Source of the DNA: Octopus bimaculoides
Taxonomy: Eukaryota
Reading direction: 5' to 3'
NCBI RefSeq assembly: GCF_001194135.2
Contig: NC_068985.1
Span: 102,228,186-102,282,485 of the forward strand
DNA length: 54,300 bases
Shown: positions 38,039 to 51,279 of the stretch, piece by piece
Position numbering within the stretch: the first letter of the stretch is position 1
Layout of the letters: each line of letters begins with the position of its first letter
Made by a program: the position numbers and the translations under genes
Notes under the pieces: model-generated
Database searches by the model: none
What the model was told of the DNA's origin: nothing
Seen by the model: only the letters and a program-made list of their open reading frames with translations

Positions 38039-38062
38039 ATCGTTAAATCAATAAAATATATA

Positions 38063-38064
<2 letters not shown>

Positions 38065-38139
<75 letters not shown>

Positions 38140-38152
38140 CATCAGTATCATC
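38065..38152. repeat. (ATT)n tract at the 3' end of the minus-strand RLE-LINE
   Basis: Direct reading. Confidence 0.95.
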
Positions 38153-38153
38153 A

Positions 38154-38320
38154 GACTAATGTGACACGTGCTTACTGGTCATGCTTCAAAATATCTGCAA
38201 AGAATTCTTGCAGATCCAAGCAATGCTGATTTTTTTTAGGAATTCTACCTTCACACTTGTACCGATCTTTTTCAGCCATGTTGGTAGTTGAGTGGTGATA
38301 CTTCCAAGTGCACCAATTAC
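38154..38320 (-). mobile_element. R4/Dong-like non-LTR retrotransposon, extreme 3' remnant (F)
   Basis: Translates VIGALGSITTQLPTWLKKIGTSVKVEFL-(frameshift)-KKSALLGSARILCRYFEA*, the typical RLE-LINE C-terminus. Confidence 0.75.
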
Positions 38321-38650
38321 ATGTTTCTCCTGGGATGTTATCTACAATTTTCTGACATCTCATTTTTATCATACCTAGGACACCCACTATAACAGGAACA
38401 GTTCTTGCTTTCAGATGCCATATCTTTTGTATTTCAATTTCCAGGTATTTACGTTTATTTAATATGTCGAAACCCCCTTTTTTTTAAATAGGAATACTTA
38501 CATCTACTAGTCCACAAGTATTCTCTTCCCCGTCTTTAATCATAATGCCTGGTCGATTAGCCTGGATAGTTCTGTCGGTGTTGATTGAAAAATTCCAGAG
38601 GATAGTGACATTTTTACCTTCAGCGACATTTTGATTCAACACCATGAGAC
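38321..38650 (-). mobile_element. R4/Dong-like non-LTR retrotransposon, RLE-domain remnant (E)
   Basis: AEGKNVTILWNFSINTDRTIQANRPGIMIKDGEENTCGLVDVSIP...KYLEIEIQKIWHLKARTVPVIVGVLG matches the ILWDF-TD-RPD-D-KY RLE pattern; disrupted. Confidence 0.85.
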
Positions 38651-38807
38651 CAAAAATATGATAGTCACAGAAACATAGCTTGACCTTTGTCCTCTGACTC
38701 GTAAATATATGCGTTTGTGAGCGTTCGTTCATCTGTCTCTCTCTAACTGCAACATTCTCTCCTCCTCTCTCTGATTGTTACTCTCTCACTTTCTGTCTCT
38801 CTGTCTC

Positions 38808-38856
<49 letters not shown>

Positions 38857-39902
38857 CACATAGGAAGTCCCCGAATCAAAGACTGCTTTCTTGTGTTATT
38901 CTCGTTTTCTCCATATTTGTGACAGTTTATGTTTTTTTTTCTCTCTACTAGTAAATTTTTATAATCCCACAGTAGATTTATTCTTCATAATAATATTGTA
39001 AAGTAGAAGAATTACAATAGTAGAATTATAATCTTAGAGAGTAGTAGATTATATTCTTCTTTCCTACGAATATAGTCTTTAGTTCATTGCTTTACAATCT
39101 ATTATTAATAACTCACTTAATGTCGAGTTTAGAGAAGTTTAGTTTACTGTAGCGATAATATATTACTTAAATAATAAGAGCATTAATAGCTATTGTTTTA
39201 TTTTCTTCAATTTTGCAGAGAGCATTCTCTCTTGATCTCCTACTTCATTTGTGAATATTGTTTCTATTTCTTATATGCTCTGTAGCTCAAATACTTCTAA
39301 ATATATTTAAGTTTTCTCTGATCTACTTTTGTAGTCTCTGTATCTTCGTCAAACACATGAGTTACGATTTTTGCTATACTTGTCTAAAAACAAAAACTAT
39401 AATTATTTCTATTTTGCTAACTTCATTGAATTCCTTTTTATTACCTTCTTTAACCTCCAGTTGTGCTTCCAGAGATTTTTCTGGATGCATTTTTCCTACA
39501 AATATCTCTATTCAGTATGGTTAATCTGCAACATTCCAGTTGTTTGCCATTGTTATTCTTAATGGTTTTATTGTTACTATTTCTCAGTAGTCATAATTTC
39601 ATTGCGTGATTTCATTACACAACTGAGTGCAACAGTGAGCGCTTTGGATAAGTACAGTCTTTTGTTTTGATTTTTGTATTTTCTATTATATTGAAACTTT
39701 TCTAGATTGAGAATTGTCTGTAACTAATATTTTCTATATATGTGTTAAGCATGACTAATCTCCGTGGTTTGGTAATAAACTTGCCTGCATCTTTTTCATT
39801 CATACCCAAAGTACTTACTGTTATACGTATAGTTTCTATCTCGAATCCATTAACTTGGGTTGATGCAATCTATTAACTACAGCGCCTAAAATTTCAGGCC
39901 TC

Positions 39903-39903
<1 letters not shown>

Positions 39904-39976
<73 letters not shown>
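39904..39976. repeat. (AAT)n microsatellite
   Basis: Direct reading. Confidence 0.95.
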
Positions 39977-39977
<1 letters not shown>

Positions 39978-40344
39978 TCCTACATAAAATATTGTCTTAT
40001 AATCCCCAAAATATTTTAATCCGTAAACAGTGTCAAAATACTTTTAAACGTAAATAACAGCAGCCTTTCACTGTCATCTTAACATCAGATTATCATCTTA
40101 TAATCAAATTACTTTTATAATAAACTTCTAATTTACTTATGATTTGACAGACAATCTCTAGAACAATACTATGTGCAAAACCAAATATATAACACCCTAG
40201 TCATAACACGAAGCTGAACTTGTAACTTGTTGTCTCTTGAGAGGTCTCTGGGTAAGACTTGAGGTCAACTTGTGCAAATACAAACAAAAGCCAAGCATAT
40301 AAAGATAATAATAATAATATTAATAATAATGATAACTCTACTGC

Positions 40345-40475
40345 TCAACTGGCAGTTTTTTTAATCAATTCCGAAAGAGTGAAAGGTCACATTATCCTCG
40401 GCAGAATTTGAACTCTGAATGTATTCGGATGAAATGCTGCTAAGCCTTGTGCTCGGCGTGTCGATAATTCTGACA
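40345..40475 (-). mobile_element. SINE family A, diverged
   Basis: Reverse complement tgtcagaattatcgacacgccgagcacaaggcttagcagcatttc...cagagttcaaattctgccgagg...cctttcactctttcgg. Confidence 0.75.
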
Positions 40476-41567
40476 ACAACAATAATAATAATTTTATTAC
40501 TACTGTTGTTAAAACGTTTGAGGTTAGCGAGAGCGAGAAAAAACGTCGCTACTGCCTCTGATATTATTCATAATGGAGAGGTAAATAGATATAGATATAG
40601 ATATATATACATATACTGTATGTATGTACGTACGTATGTATGTATGTATGTATGCATGCATGCATTATGTATGTATGTATGTATGTATGTATGCGTGTTC
40701 GTGTAAATTAATATAAGTGTTCATTTCAAAGAAATGTGTTCAGACCAATGATAACGGTAGTATGGCTTCAAGGAATAAATATTCATGCTAATTAAACATA
40801 GTTCGCCTACTTCAACGGAATATGATAAGGATCGCAAGTAGATTGCAAATCAATATAATTTACGTGGAGATTCTGATTACAATCTGTTTAAATTGAACTG
40901 TATTCTTACAACTTTTTGTCTATCAAAGAAGTTAGATTCATTTTATTGTTGGGGGTACGTAGAGTGTCTGCGAATTTTCCACACGTTAGCAATGTATACA
41001 TAGTATAAAATGAATTTACAACACAAAACGAATTTTATTTTTTTAGTTTCCTTTTCTGAGATTAGATTACTCTTTTTTCTTTCATTTGCATTCACTTTAG
41101 TGTTTGCGTAAAATTCAGAAAAAATGTAAAAGGGTGCCTAGTCTTAAAATAAACCTGAAAATCCGTGTGTTATAAAATAAATCAAGGTCCTAGCTTTTCT
41201 TGTATTGAGGATTAGCTGTGACTGAAGATATAGCTCTCGCAGTGTTTGTTCCAGTACGCTTCATATTCTTTGTCAAGTTATCCAATCCTTCGAGTCGCGC
41301 TTCTTTCTGATGATGACACTGATCACTTGTAACATAATTAATACTTGCAGAGCAGATGATTTTATGACCTCCTTAGTTGACTTATATCTTTATCGAGCAT
41401 AGAAGGTCGATACAGTAAGTACCAGTTGAACACTAGGGCTGACGTAAGTTGTAACGGATTACTACATGGGTTTCTAACCGAGTTCAATAGAAGAGCTTAC
41501 TGCTATAGTCATACGACTCTCTGAATCGGGAACTGATGCAACTCATCTCTCTCTCTCTCTCTCTCTC

Positions 41568-41602
<35 letters not shown>

Positions 41603-43139
41603 TTATATTCTTAAATATTTGTATATAAGTATATATGTATGTATGTGTGTGTATGTATGTACTTATATATACGCGTGTGTATGTATATAAATATATATGT
41701 CTGTGTGGGGGGTTTGTTTGTTTACGTATGTATGTATCTGTGTGTGCATTTATGCTTCTATATGTAAGTTTGTGTGGTGAATGATGGTTTGCTGTATTCT
41801 TTATTGAACACTTTCCTTAATTAAGGTAATATACATCGAAGGAAAATTAATATTTTTGAGTGTATCAAAAATGAAATTGAAAATTGTGAAGCAGGACACG
41901 TCGGCGCAAATGATGAATATAAATGTTGATTTGAATGTGTAATTACATCTCTCACGGCAAATATGCATACAGACACACGCTTACTCATGACTGAACACAT
42001 ACAAACATGCATACATACACACGTTCATCTATCCATCCATCGATACATACATACGCATGTACATACATACGCCTACGCATGCATGCGTAAGTACATAGAT
42101 GCATTCTTATATGTATGTGTGTGTGTGTGTGTATATATATGTGTGTATAAATATATATATATNNNNNNNNNNNNNNNNNNNNNNNNNNNNNNNNNNNNNN
42201 NNNNNNNNNNNNNNNNNNNNNNNNNNNNNNNNNNNNNNNNNNNNNNNNNNNNNNNNNNNNNNNNNNNNNNNNNNNNNNNNNNNNNNNNNNNNNNNNNNNN
42301 NNNNNNNNNNNNNNNNNNNNNNNNNNNNNNNNNNNNNNNNNNNNNNNNNNNNNNNNNNNNNNNNNNNNNNNNNNNNNNNNNNNNNNNNNNNNNNNNNNNN
42401 NNNNNNNNNNNNNNNNNNNNNNNNNNNNNNNNNNNNNNNNNNNNNNNNNNNNNNNNNNNNNNNNNNNNNNNNNNNNNNNNNNNNNNNNNNNNNNNNNNNN
42501 NNNNNNNNNNNNNNNNNNNNNNNNNNNNNNNNNNNNNNNNNNNNNNNNNNNNNNNNNTATAAATATGTATATATATATACATATGAATACAGTCGTACAC
42601 GCATGCATGCAATGTGTGTGTGTAGATAGATGTTGAAATTTTCAGAGCTCGAAAGAAATGCTTGAAATGCGGTTCCTTTCAAATCCAATGTTTATGTTAT
42701 GTTATGTTATTTATTTATATATTTATCTATGTATTTTTGCTATTGATATCTTTGCCATTCACTGAAATCTGGATTTTAAAACGTTCAATGATGGAATTGT
42801 TTACTGATATATCGGTTCCTAACAATATACAATAATCAAAGAAAAATATTTATGGGTTATTATCAAAAGAATATTTTCACCGTATTTCTTAGATTCCAAT
42901 TATAGGAAAATGTTTTATGTTTTAGCTACAATAAAACACCACCACCACCACCATGCCCCACTCACATCAGTACGTCTATAATCATTGGCAAGAATATCTA
43001 AATAAATATTTATGTACGTTCCTGCGTGTGTTTGTGTTTGCGTTTTATCTTTGGGAATAATTTCTGTACATTTCGTCAAACTTTGTTCTATCAATAATTT
43101 AAAATTGGTCTAATGGTGTGTGAGTAAAAGAAGATAAAT

Positions 43140-43630
43140 ACACAGGCAGGAGTAAATAGGGATAAGTTGGTATTTGTTAGATGTTAGCAGAAAAGAAATG
43201 AGAAAGAGATATTGCAACATATTTGAAAAATTGGGAAGGGTTACTACAAATATGTTGATGAAAATTGCATGGAAAATAGAAAGAATACAAGCAGAAAGTA
43301 AAGGTAACATGATAAAGAGTATCGAAGAGGAAATATTTAAAGAAATATACGAGGAAAATGATAATATATAAGAGAGTGTGAGGTAGAGAGTGAAAGAGGA
43401 GGGTGAGGAATGATATTGCATGAAGCGAGTAAGAGATAAAATAAGAGTGGAGAGAAGTTTGTTATATAGAAGAGAGGATGAACAACACAATGAGAAGAAT
43501 CATTAGAGAAAATCAGAGAAGAGATGAGGGAGAGAGAGTGAGAGAGAAAGAGAGAAAGAGAGGGAGAGAGAGAGAAAGAGAGACAGAGAGAGAGAGAGAG
43601 AGAGAATTAAGAAAGTGAAAAGCAAATAAA
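43140..43630. repeat. Purine-rich low-complexity/(GA)n region
   Basis: Direct reading. Confidence 0.75.
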
Positions 43631-44004
43631 AAGAAATGAAATACAGAATTCTTTTAATGCATGCAGCGAGGTATATAAAAACATTTTTTTCAGAAAGGGA
43701 AAGAAAAATGATGCCATATAGATCAATGTATACGTTTATATNNNNNNNNNNNNNNNNNNNNNNNNNNNNNNNNNNNNNNNNNNNNNNNNNNNNNNNNNNN
43801 NNNNNNNNNNNNNNNNNNNNNNNNNNNNNNNNNNNNNNNNNNNNNNNNNNNNNNNNNNNNNNNNNNNNNNNNNNNNNNNNNNNNNNNNNNNNNNNNNNNN
43901 NNNNNNNNNNNNNNNNNNNNNNNNNNNNNNNNNNNNNNNNNNNNNNNNNNNNNNNNNNNNNNTATATCAGTGTATGAGTATGTATGTGACATCTATATAC
44001 GCAT

Positions 44005-44009
44005 ACCTA

Positions 44010-44064
<55 letters not shown>

Positions 44065-44090
44065 TTATCTATATATCTATCTATCTAACT
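44005..44090. repeat. (TATC)n microsatellite
   Basis: Direct reading. Confidence 0.9.
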
Positions 44091-45735
44091 ATATATACAC
44101 ACACACACATATACGTATATGTGTATATGTATGTATGTATATAAAGGAAAGGATGATGGGCAAGTAGGGAGTCATAGATAATATTGTGCAAGTAATAATA
44201 TCAGTTAAATAAAACGCGTTCGATTATATTCTTGTTGTTCTTCTATATCCAATGATCTATCAATTTGTTGAGATACACAAATGCATTTGATCCGGAAAAA
44301 TCCGCTATTATTTTGAATATCGAGGATTTCATTATCTACTTTTTACTTCGCTTTGCGTTTAAAGAGCGGAGGATGTTAGTTAAACAATATTTCGTGAGAA
44401 CGTAAAGGCTTGCACATATATGTCAGTGTGTATTCAAGAAAGGGAATGCCACAGAAGACAAGTCAACCGAAATTACAGTAAGATTTCTTAATTGAAAGTC
44501 GTTTGAGTTATTGTTCTCAGAAAACAATGTTTCTAGTTGTATTTGTTAGAGTAATATTTACTTCCATTTAGATTGTTGTTCTTCATTATATGATCCTCAT
44601 CATTTCAAACGATATTTTTCTTTCACGACTAGTGTTGCATCACTACCAAATGCAACACTACTACAGTCTAAACACTACCTAGATCAAACGTTTCATCATC
44701 GTCAACAGAAATCACAACGACGTTGGCCAACCGCAAATGCATTTTCTTGGATTGTACAATAACAAATAATAGAACAGAGCTACAGCTATGAAATTAAATG
44801 CAGCGAAGCTAAAAATATAGGAACTGACATCATATCACTTCTGTCAGCCACAATACCACCAACATTGACATCAAAGTAAGCCACTGTATTGCATTAAGCA
44901 AAGAACTTTGTAATCGTTAGAATTGATCAACTTCATAGTTAATTCTCACTCAACAAAGGAAAAGCAAAAATAGAGTTACAAATTCTAAGTTATAAAACTT
45001 ACAACAAAAGATTGACAAAACATGTTAAAATAAGAAAATAAATGGAATGATATGTCAGGCCGATGTTTGCATGTGGTTGTCTTATTCATGTAGTTGAACA
45101 TTAAAAACAATCAATATAAAGACCTAGTCAAGATACCATGTCAAAGAATAAAAACGACATCGTTCTAAGCACAAAACCTCTGCAGTTAAAGACATCTGAA
45201 ATACAATAGCCATAACATTACATGCATCGCTTCACTACTACAAAATATCAACAGCATAAAACAAAAGAAAAGCTATAAAGTATTGCAAAAACAAATATCA
45301 ATAGTAATAACAACAGCAACATCAAACAATCGAATAAATTGAGATATTTGAAGAAAGGACCCTAACTCAAGATCAATGGCATTCAATTCGTCATGACAAG
45401 TAATGAAAAATCATGGAAAAAGAAAAATAACTGAATAAATAAACACATTCTCAGTTGTAGCGAGTTCGGAATAATAAAAATGGAGCGTAGTGTCATGTAT
45501 TAGATATCTATTGAGACTGCTATTGGTAGTTAACTTATATTAGTTGTAGGACTTTGGTGTGAGAGAAACGGAAAAGGAAGAACCAGTGTTATACCTTGAT
45601 ATATGTAGCTCTGTACGCCTGACTTCAGAGTTCAAATATTCCTAGTGTCTCTCTTAAAAAAGCATGCGTATGATTGAAATATTTCACTCATAATCTCGCT
45701 TTGCTATGTGGCCTGTTAATGCAATCGCAGTATAA

Positions 45736-45800
<65 letters not shown>

Positions 45801-46074
45801 CATACACACACATACTCACAGAAGCAGTATTGGATCAAAATCGCTACCGGTGTATCATACGTAATGTAAACAGATCATGAAAAATAATTCTAATCGAATA
45901 TTCATCCGTGGATGGTATCTCTTATGGATGCGTGATATATGGACGCAACCCATTCCGTTAGCAGACTAAAACCGTTCTGTTAGTGACAGGGGAGGAAGGT
46001 AGATGGAGATTTCTGTCCTCGTTGGTCGTTGGTTGCTAAAACAAAAGCGGCAGGTTTGACTAGAGCCAGTACTT

Positions 46075-46220
46075 TCGGGTGATGATGTAGATCGATTACA
46101 TTGCTCAGACTGTGCAACTGGTACTCTTTTATCGACCCGACAAGTATCTAAACTCGGAACATAGAGTCGAAATAATTTCCTGGAAGCATTTTCTCCGGCG
46201 CGGTAACGATTCTGCTAGTT

Positions 46221-46221
<1 letters not shown>
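46075..46221 (-). mobile_element. SINE family A, diverged
   Basis: Reverse complement gaactagcagaatcgttaccgcgccggagaaaatgc...gggtcgataaaagagtaccagttgc...gtaatcgat. Confidence 0.75.
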
Positions 46222-46223
<2 letters not shown>

Positions 46224-46312
<89 letters not shown>

Positions 46313-46337
46313 GTAATAATAATGATGATAATAATAA
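46224..46337. repeat. (AAT)n-(ATT)n palindromic microsatellite
   Basis: (AAT)n 46224-46265 directly followed by (ATT)n to 46312. Confidence 0.95.
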
Positions 46338-46410
46338 GATTACTTGTTGTAGGCCAATGTTATGAACTTCTTTTTCAACAATCTAATCTGTTGTGTGCAT
46401 ATATGAATAA

Positions 46411-46411
<1 letters not shown>

Positions 46412-46486
<75 letters not shown>

Positions 46487-46505
46487 TGTTGTAGTAGTAG
46501 TAGTA

Positions 46506-46550
<45 letters not shown>
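46412..46550. repeat. (AGT)n microsatellite
   Basis: Direct reading. Confidence 0.95.
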
Positions 46551-46770
46551 AAACATTCTGACGAATACATAGGAAAAAAGACCATGTCTTACAGGGTATA
46601 TAAGATACAGAAAATACCACTACTAGGCACCGCACACATCCTACATAAAGCACTATCAATACAGTGAAAATAAGAGCACCACAGCAAATTACAGCGCATG
46701 GCCAAGGCACACAGAGCTGCGCTCGGTAGTGCAGTGAATGCACGTGATAAAAATAAGGCTACTGAATAAA
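46548..46770 (+). mobile_element. R4/Dong-like RLE-LINE 3' remnant (A)
   Basis: VKHSDEYIGKKTMSYRVYKIQKIPLLGTAHILHKALSIQ* (stop 46665-46667); 3' UTR homologous to 48089-48188; followed by (AAT)n. Confidence 0.85.
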
Positions 46771-46918
<148 letters not shown>

Positions 46919-47869
46919 NNNNNNNNNNNNNNNNNNNNNNNNNNNNNNNNNNNNNNNNNNNNNNNNNNNNNNNNNNNNNNNNNNNNNNNNNNNNNNNNNN
47001 NNNNNNNNNNNNNNNNNNNNNNNNNNNNNNNNNNNNNNNNNNNNNNNNNNNNNNNNNNNNNNNNNNNNNNNNNNNNNNNNNNNNNNNNNNNNNNNNNNNN
47101 NNNNNNNNNNNNNNNNNNNNNNNNNNNNNNNNNNNNNNNNNNNNNNNNNNNNNNNNNNNNNNNNNNNNNNNNNNNNNNNNNNNNNNNNNNNNNNNNNNNN
47201 NNNNNNNNNNNNNNNNNNNNNNNNNNNNNNNNNNNNNNNNNNNNNNNNNNNNNNNNNNNNNNNNNNNNNNNNNNNNNNNNNNNNNNNNNNNNNNNNNNNN
47301 NNNNNNNNNNNNNNNNNNNNNNNNNNNNNNNNNNNNNNNNNNNNNNNNNNNNNNNNNNNNNNNNNNNNNNNNNNNNNNNNNNNNNNNNNNNNNNNNNNNN
47401 NNNNNNNNNNNNNNNNNNNNNNNNNNNNNNNNNNNNNNNNNNNNNNNNNNNNNNNNNNNNNNNNNNNNNNNNNNNNNNNNNNNNNNNNNNNNNNNNNNNN
47501 NNNNNNNNNNNNNNNNNNNNNNNNNNNNNNNNNNNNNNNNNNNNNNNNNNNNNNNNNNNNNNNNNNNNNNNNNNNNNNNNNNNNNNNNNNNNNNNNNNNN
47601 NNNNNNNNNNNNNNNNNNNNNNNNNNNNNNNNNNNNNNNNNNNNNNNNNNNNNNNNNNNNNNNNNNNNNNNNNNNNNNNNNNNNNNNNNNNNNNNNNNNN
47701 NNNNNNNNNNNNNNNNNNNNNNNNNNNNNNNNNNNNNNNNNNNNNNNNNNNNNNNNNNNNNNNNNNNNNNNNNNNNNNNNNNNNNNNNNNNNNNNNNNNN
47801 NNNNNNNNNNNNNNNNNNNNNNNNNNNNNNNNNNNNNNNNNNNNNNNNNNNNNNNNNNNNNNNNNNNNN

Positions 47870-48188
47870 AAACTTTCAAAATACAAAGACCTGGAAATAG
47901 AGATAACTCGAATGTGGAATCTAAAAACAGAAACAATTCCTATCATAGTAGGTGCCTTAGGTATAATAAAAAAATATTCAGACAAATACATAACAAAAAT
48001 AGCAGGACTTACAAATATATATAACATACAGAAAATTGCACTACTGGGTACTGCACACATTCTACGCAAAACACTTTCAATACAGTAAACATAAGAACAC
48101 CACAGCAAACCACAGCACATACCAAAGGCGCACAGAGCTGCGTTCGGTAGTGAAGTGAAAGCACGTTATAAAAATAAAACTGCTGAAC
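47870..48188 (+). mobile_element. R4/Dong-like RLE-LINE 3' remnant (B), frame intact over 72 codons, 5' part hidden in the gap
   Basis: KLSKYKDLEIEITRMWNLKTETIPIIVGALGIIKKYSDKYITKIAGLTNIYNIQKIALLGTAHILRKTLSIQ* (47870-48088), then 3' UTR and (AAT)5. Confidence 0.92.
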
Positions 48189-48203
48189 AATAATAATAAT
48201 AAT

Positions 48204-48759
48204 ACCACTCAGAGAGCACAAACCTCTGCAAAGGCAACACCAACGTTCTATCAACGATTAGCCAGAGATGATTTCTAAAACGAGAATATCTTAAATAAAC
48301 TTCACAGCTCTCACAAACGAGAATACTAAAAATGAATCGAACGCTCTCAAAAATTAACTTAAAACGGAAAATTAATCCAGAATCCCTGTCCGATACCTGA
48401 TCGATCCCAATGGTAGTCATGGAATGTGAAGATGGCTGTAGAAAATTTAGTAACAGTAATAAATATTTTACCCTTATCTAATACAAGTCAAAGTTAAAAG
48501 ATTCATTCCAAATAGTTACATCCTAAAGGGAGATAATTGCGAAAGACCTGAAAATTAACGTAACATTGTAATCATGTAAAGTAAAGTAAATATAACAAAT
48601 AATCCAGAATCTTTGTTCGGTACCGGATCGATCCCAAGATCTAATCAGTTCGTGCCAGTCACGAGAGGCCAAGCCGTTCTTGAGATATCTTGTCGACGGA
48701 AAAACAAACAAACACGACTGAAAACAATATCTCCGCCTTCGCTAAAGCAGAGGTAATAA
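48204..48759 (-). mobile_element. DINE-1/HINE-like non-autonomous Helentron derivative
   Basis: Minus-strand 5' ttattACCTCTGCttt-agcg-aaggcggagat (subTIR plus its partial IR forming a stem-loop), 3' subTIR GCAGAGGT followed by a short hairpin gctc-tct-gagt, T-rich flanks, short (TGTT)n; no coding capacity. Confidence 0.6.
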
Positions 48760-48780
48760 GGATAAAAGAAACTGGACCAG

Positions 48781-49301
48781 AAATGAGGATTTGAAGCTGA
48801 AAATACATGGCACAATCATCAAGTAGAAAGTATTCTAGAGTTAGAGAAATGTAAGATTTTGTGGGACTTACCTATTTAAACGGACAAGAAGTTAGAAAAT
48901 AATAGACTGCACTTAACCAATTATAGATAAGGAAAAGCGAAGCTGCTTACTATTCGATCCATCATCTCTGTTTGACTCCAGGATGATAAAGAAAGAAGAC
49001 GAAAAACAGAAAAACTACGACCCTTAATAATTTCAAATAGGGAGAATTTGGAACGTGCGAACAGTAAATGACTTGCCTATAATAACTGCTACGTTGGGAA
49101 CAGTAAGCAAAGACATAGAAAAATGGCTGAAAAACATTGGACTAGAATGCCCGGTAGAGATCCTACAGAAAGGTTGTCTCTTAAGCATAGCAAGGATTAT
49201 CGGGGGTCTTCTAAGCACTTGTGGATAGCTAAGGTTACAGGTAGTAACCCACTACCCACATAAATCCTACCAGGAATAAGACTGAACCTGAGTCTAACCA
49301 A
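48781..49301 (+). mobile_element. R4/Dong-like RLE-LINE 3' remnant (C), different family, decayed
   Basis: WHNHQVESILELEKCKILWDLPI*TDKKLENNR..IIDKEKRSCLLFDPSSLFDSRMIKKEDEKQKNYDP**FQIGRIWNVRTVNDLPIITATLGTVSKDIEKWLKNIGLECPVEILQKGCLLSIARIIGGLLSTCG*; followed by (AAT)n 49302-49350. Confidence 0.88.
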
Positions 49302-49351
<50 letters not shown>

Positions 49352-49453
49352 CTGGGAATGCATACAATGAGCTTCTCTGCCCTAGGTGTACGGAAAACAC
49401 TCAGCGAGAAAATAGGAAGAAGAAAAAAAAACATAATGATAATAATCCATTAT

Positions 49454-49897
49454 GATGCAGTGATTGTTGCTCACAGATTAGACATTGACGTTGTTGACAA
49501 AATGATAACGGAAAGCAGGCTTATAGGAGTATTCATACCTAGAGATGTACAAGTGAGGGACAACGGAGTGGAAATGATTGAGAAGCACCAGCGATGATGA
49601 GATTGTACGAATGTGTGCAATAAAGAACTTAACTGTCATCCCAGTAGTTGTAGGGCCACCGGAAGATTTACCGACCAAATTTGAGAAATTTGTGGGAGAA
49701 ATTGAGATTGACACGAGAGTAGAACATGCTCAGCAACAAAATGCTTTACTGGGGACAGCGAGGATATCAAAATTGTTACTTAGATGTTAAGTATCGTGGA
49801 AAGGGACACTGTCAAAGAGATCCTTGACAACAGGTGGTTGCCCGCTCTTACAGAATTGAGTGAAATCAAGAGCTCTGAGACGTGAAATGAAAATAAC
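49454..49897 (+). mobile_element. R4/Dong-like RLE-LINE 3' remnant (D), another family, decayed
   Basis: DAVIVAHRLDIDVVDK..LIGVFIPRD..EMIEKHQ / DEIVRMCAIKNLTVIPVVVG...QNALLGTARISKLLLRC*; followed by (GAT)n 49898-49935. Confidence 0.85.
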
Positions 49898-49937
<40 letters not shown>

Positions 49938-51107
49938 GTGTGATAGGAGGAGTAGAAGTGTCAGGCGTTTAATGAAGCTACTAATGCTATTTTTCAATAC
50001 CGTCTGACGTTCAGCACTTCAAAAAAGTATTCTAACGTTGTTTCCATTTTATTTGATGTTGTATGCTTTGTTTCTAAGCATTTACACTTGTCCGTTTCTA
50101 TTTACTGATATCCGCAAAAAAAGAAAGAAATGTCTGCAATTCTTACTTTTTTTTTCATTTCACTTGTTGTAGCTTTGCTTTTAAAACTTCATGATTGGTT
50201 GGGAAACTTTTTTTGTAAATATCCATATATTTCACTATCAATATGAAAGATATGCTGTATGCATAGACTCAAAAATATACGTGGATATAATATTGACATA
50301 AAGAAGGAAAACAGAGAAGCTGAAGGGAATGAACAAATGCCAACAAAGAATAGAACTACAAAAGAACTGCTATATGATTGAAGTGGTTACAGTTGCAGCT
50401 AGCAAGAGTTGCTTTGGTGCGATTGCTATGTGGATTAGCGAGGGAAAATATGTGTGATACAGTATGAGCCGAAATAATTGGGACGTATCCTCTTATCCTC
50501 AATTCTGCAGTGCACTGCTAAAGGGACAATAGTGTCGGAAAATGACGAAATCGTTTCGAACTCCAATCGAAAGCGATTGAAGTGACTGGCAAACTATGAA
50601 ACTATGCAAATTGTCTGTGTGAGTGTGCCTCTGCGAGTAAGTGCATTTGTATATCTATATTTCCCTCTCTTTCCCTATATATATATATATATATAACGTA
50701 TGTGTATGTATTATGTGTGTATGTATAATATAGTAATATATTATATATGTATATCTATATTACTATATTATATATCTATATTTATATATGTATGTGTGTA
50801 TATATATATNNNNNNNNNNNNNNNNNNNNNNNNNNNNNNNNNNNNNNNNNNNNNNNNNNNNNNNNNNNNNNNNNNNNNNNNNNNNNNNNNNNNNNNNNNN
50901 NNNNNNNNNNNNNNNNNNNNNNNNNNNNNNNNNNNNNNNNNNNNNNNNNNNNNNNNNNNNNNNNNNNNNNNNNNNNNNNNNNNNNNNNNNNNNNNNNNNN
51001 NNNNNNNNNNNNNNNNNNNNNNNNNNNNNNNNNNNNNNNNNNNNNNNNNNNNNNNNNNNNNNNNNNNNNNNNNNNNNNNNNNNNNNNNNNNNNNNNNNNN
51101 NNNNNNN

Positions 51108-51140
<33 letters not shown>

Positions 51141-51279
51141 TGCGCGTGATGTGTGAAAAATGAGAGAGAATATGGTGGCATAACTATTTTCGTTTTCTGT
51201 TGTTTTTTTTTAGTATATTGTTGCGCAGATCTTCTTTAATGTCGATAGTCGTAAAAAGATTCTTAGGCGGATCGATATG

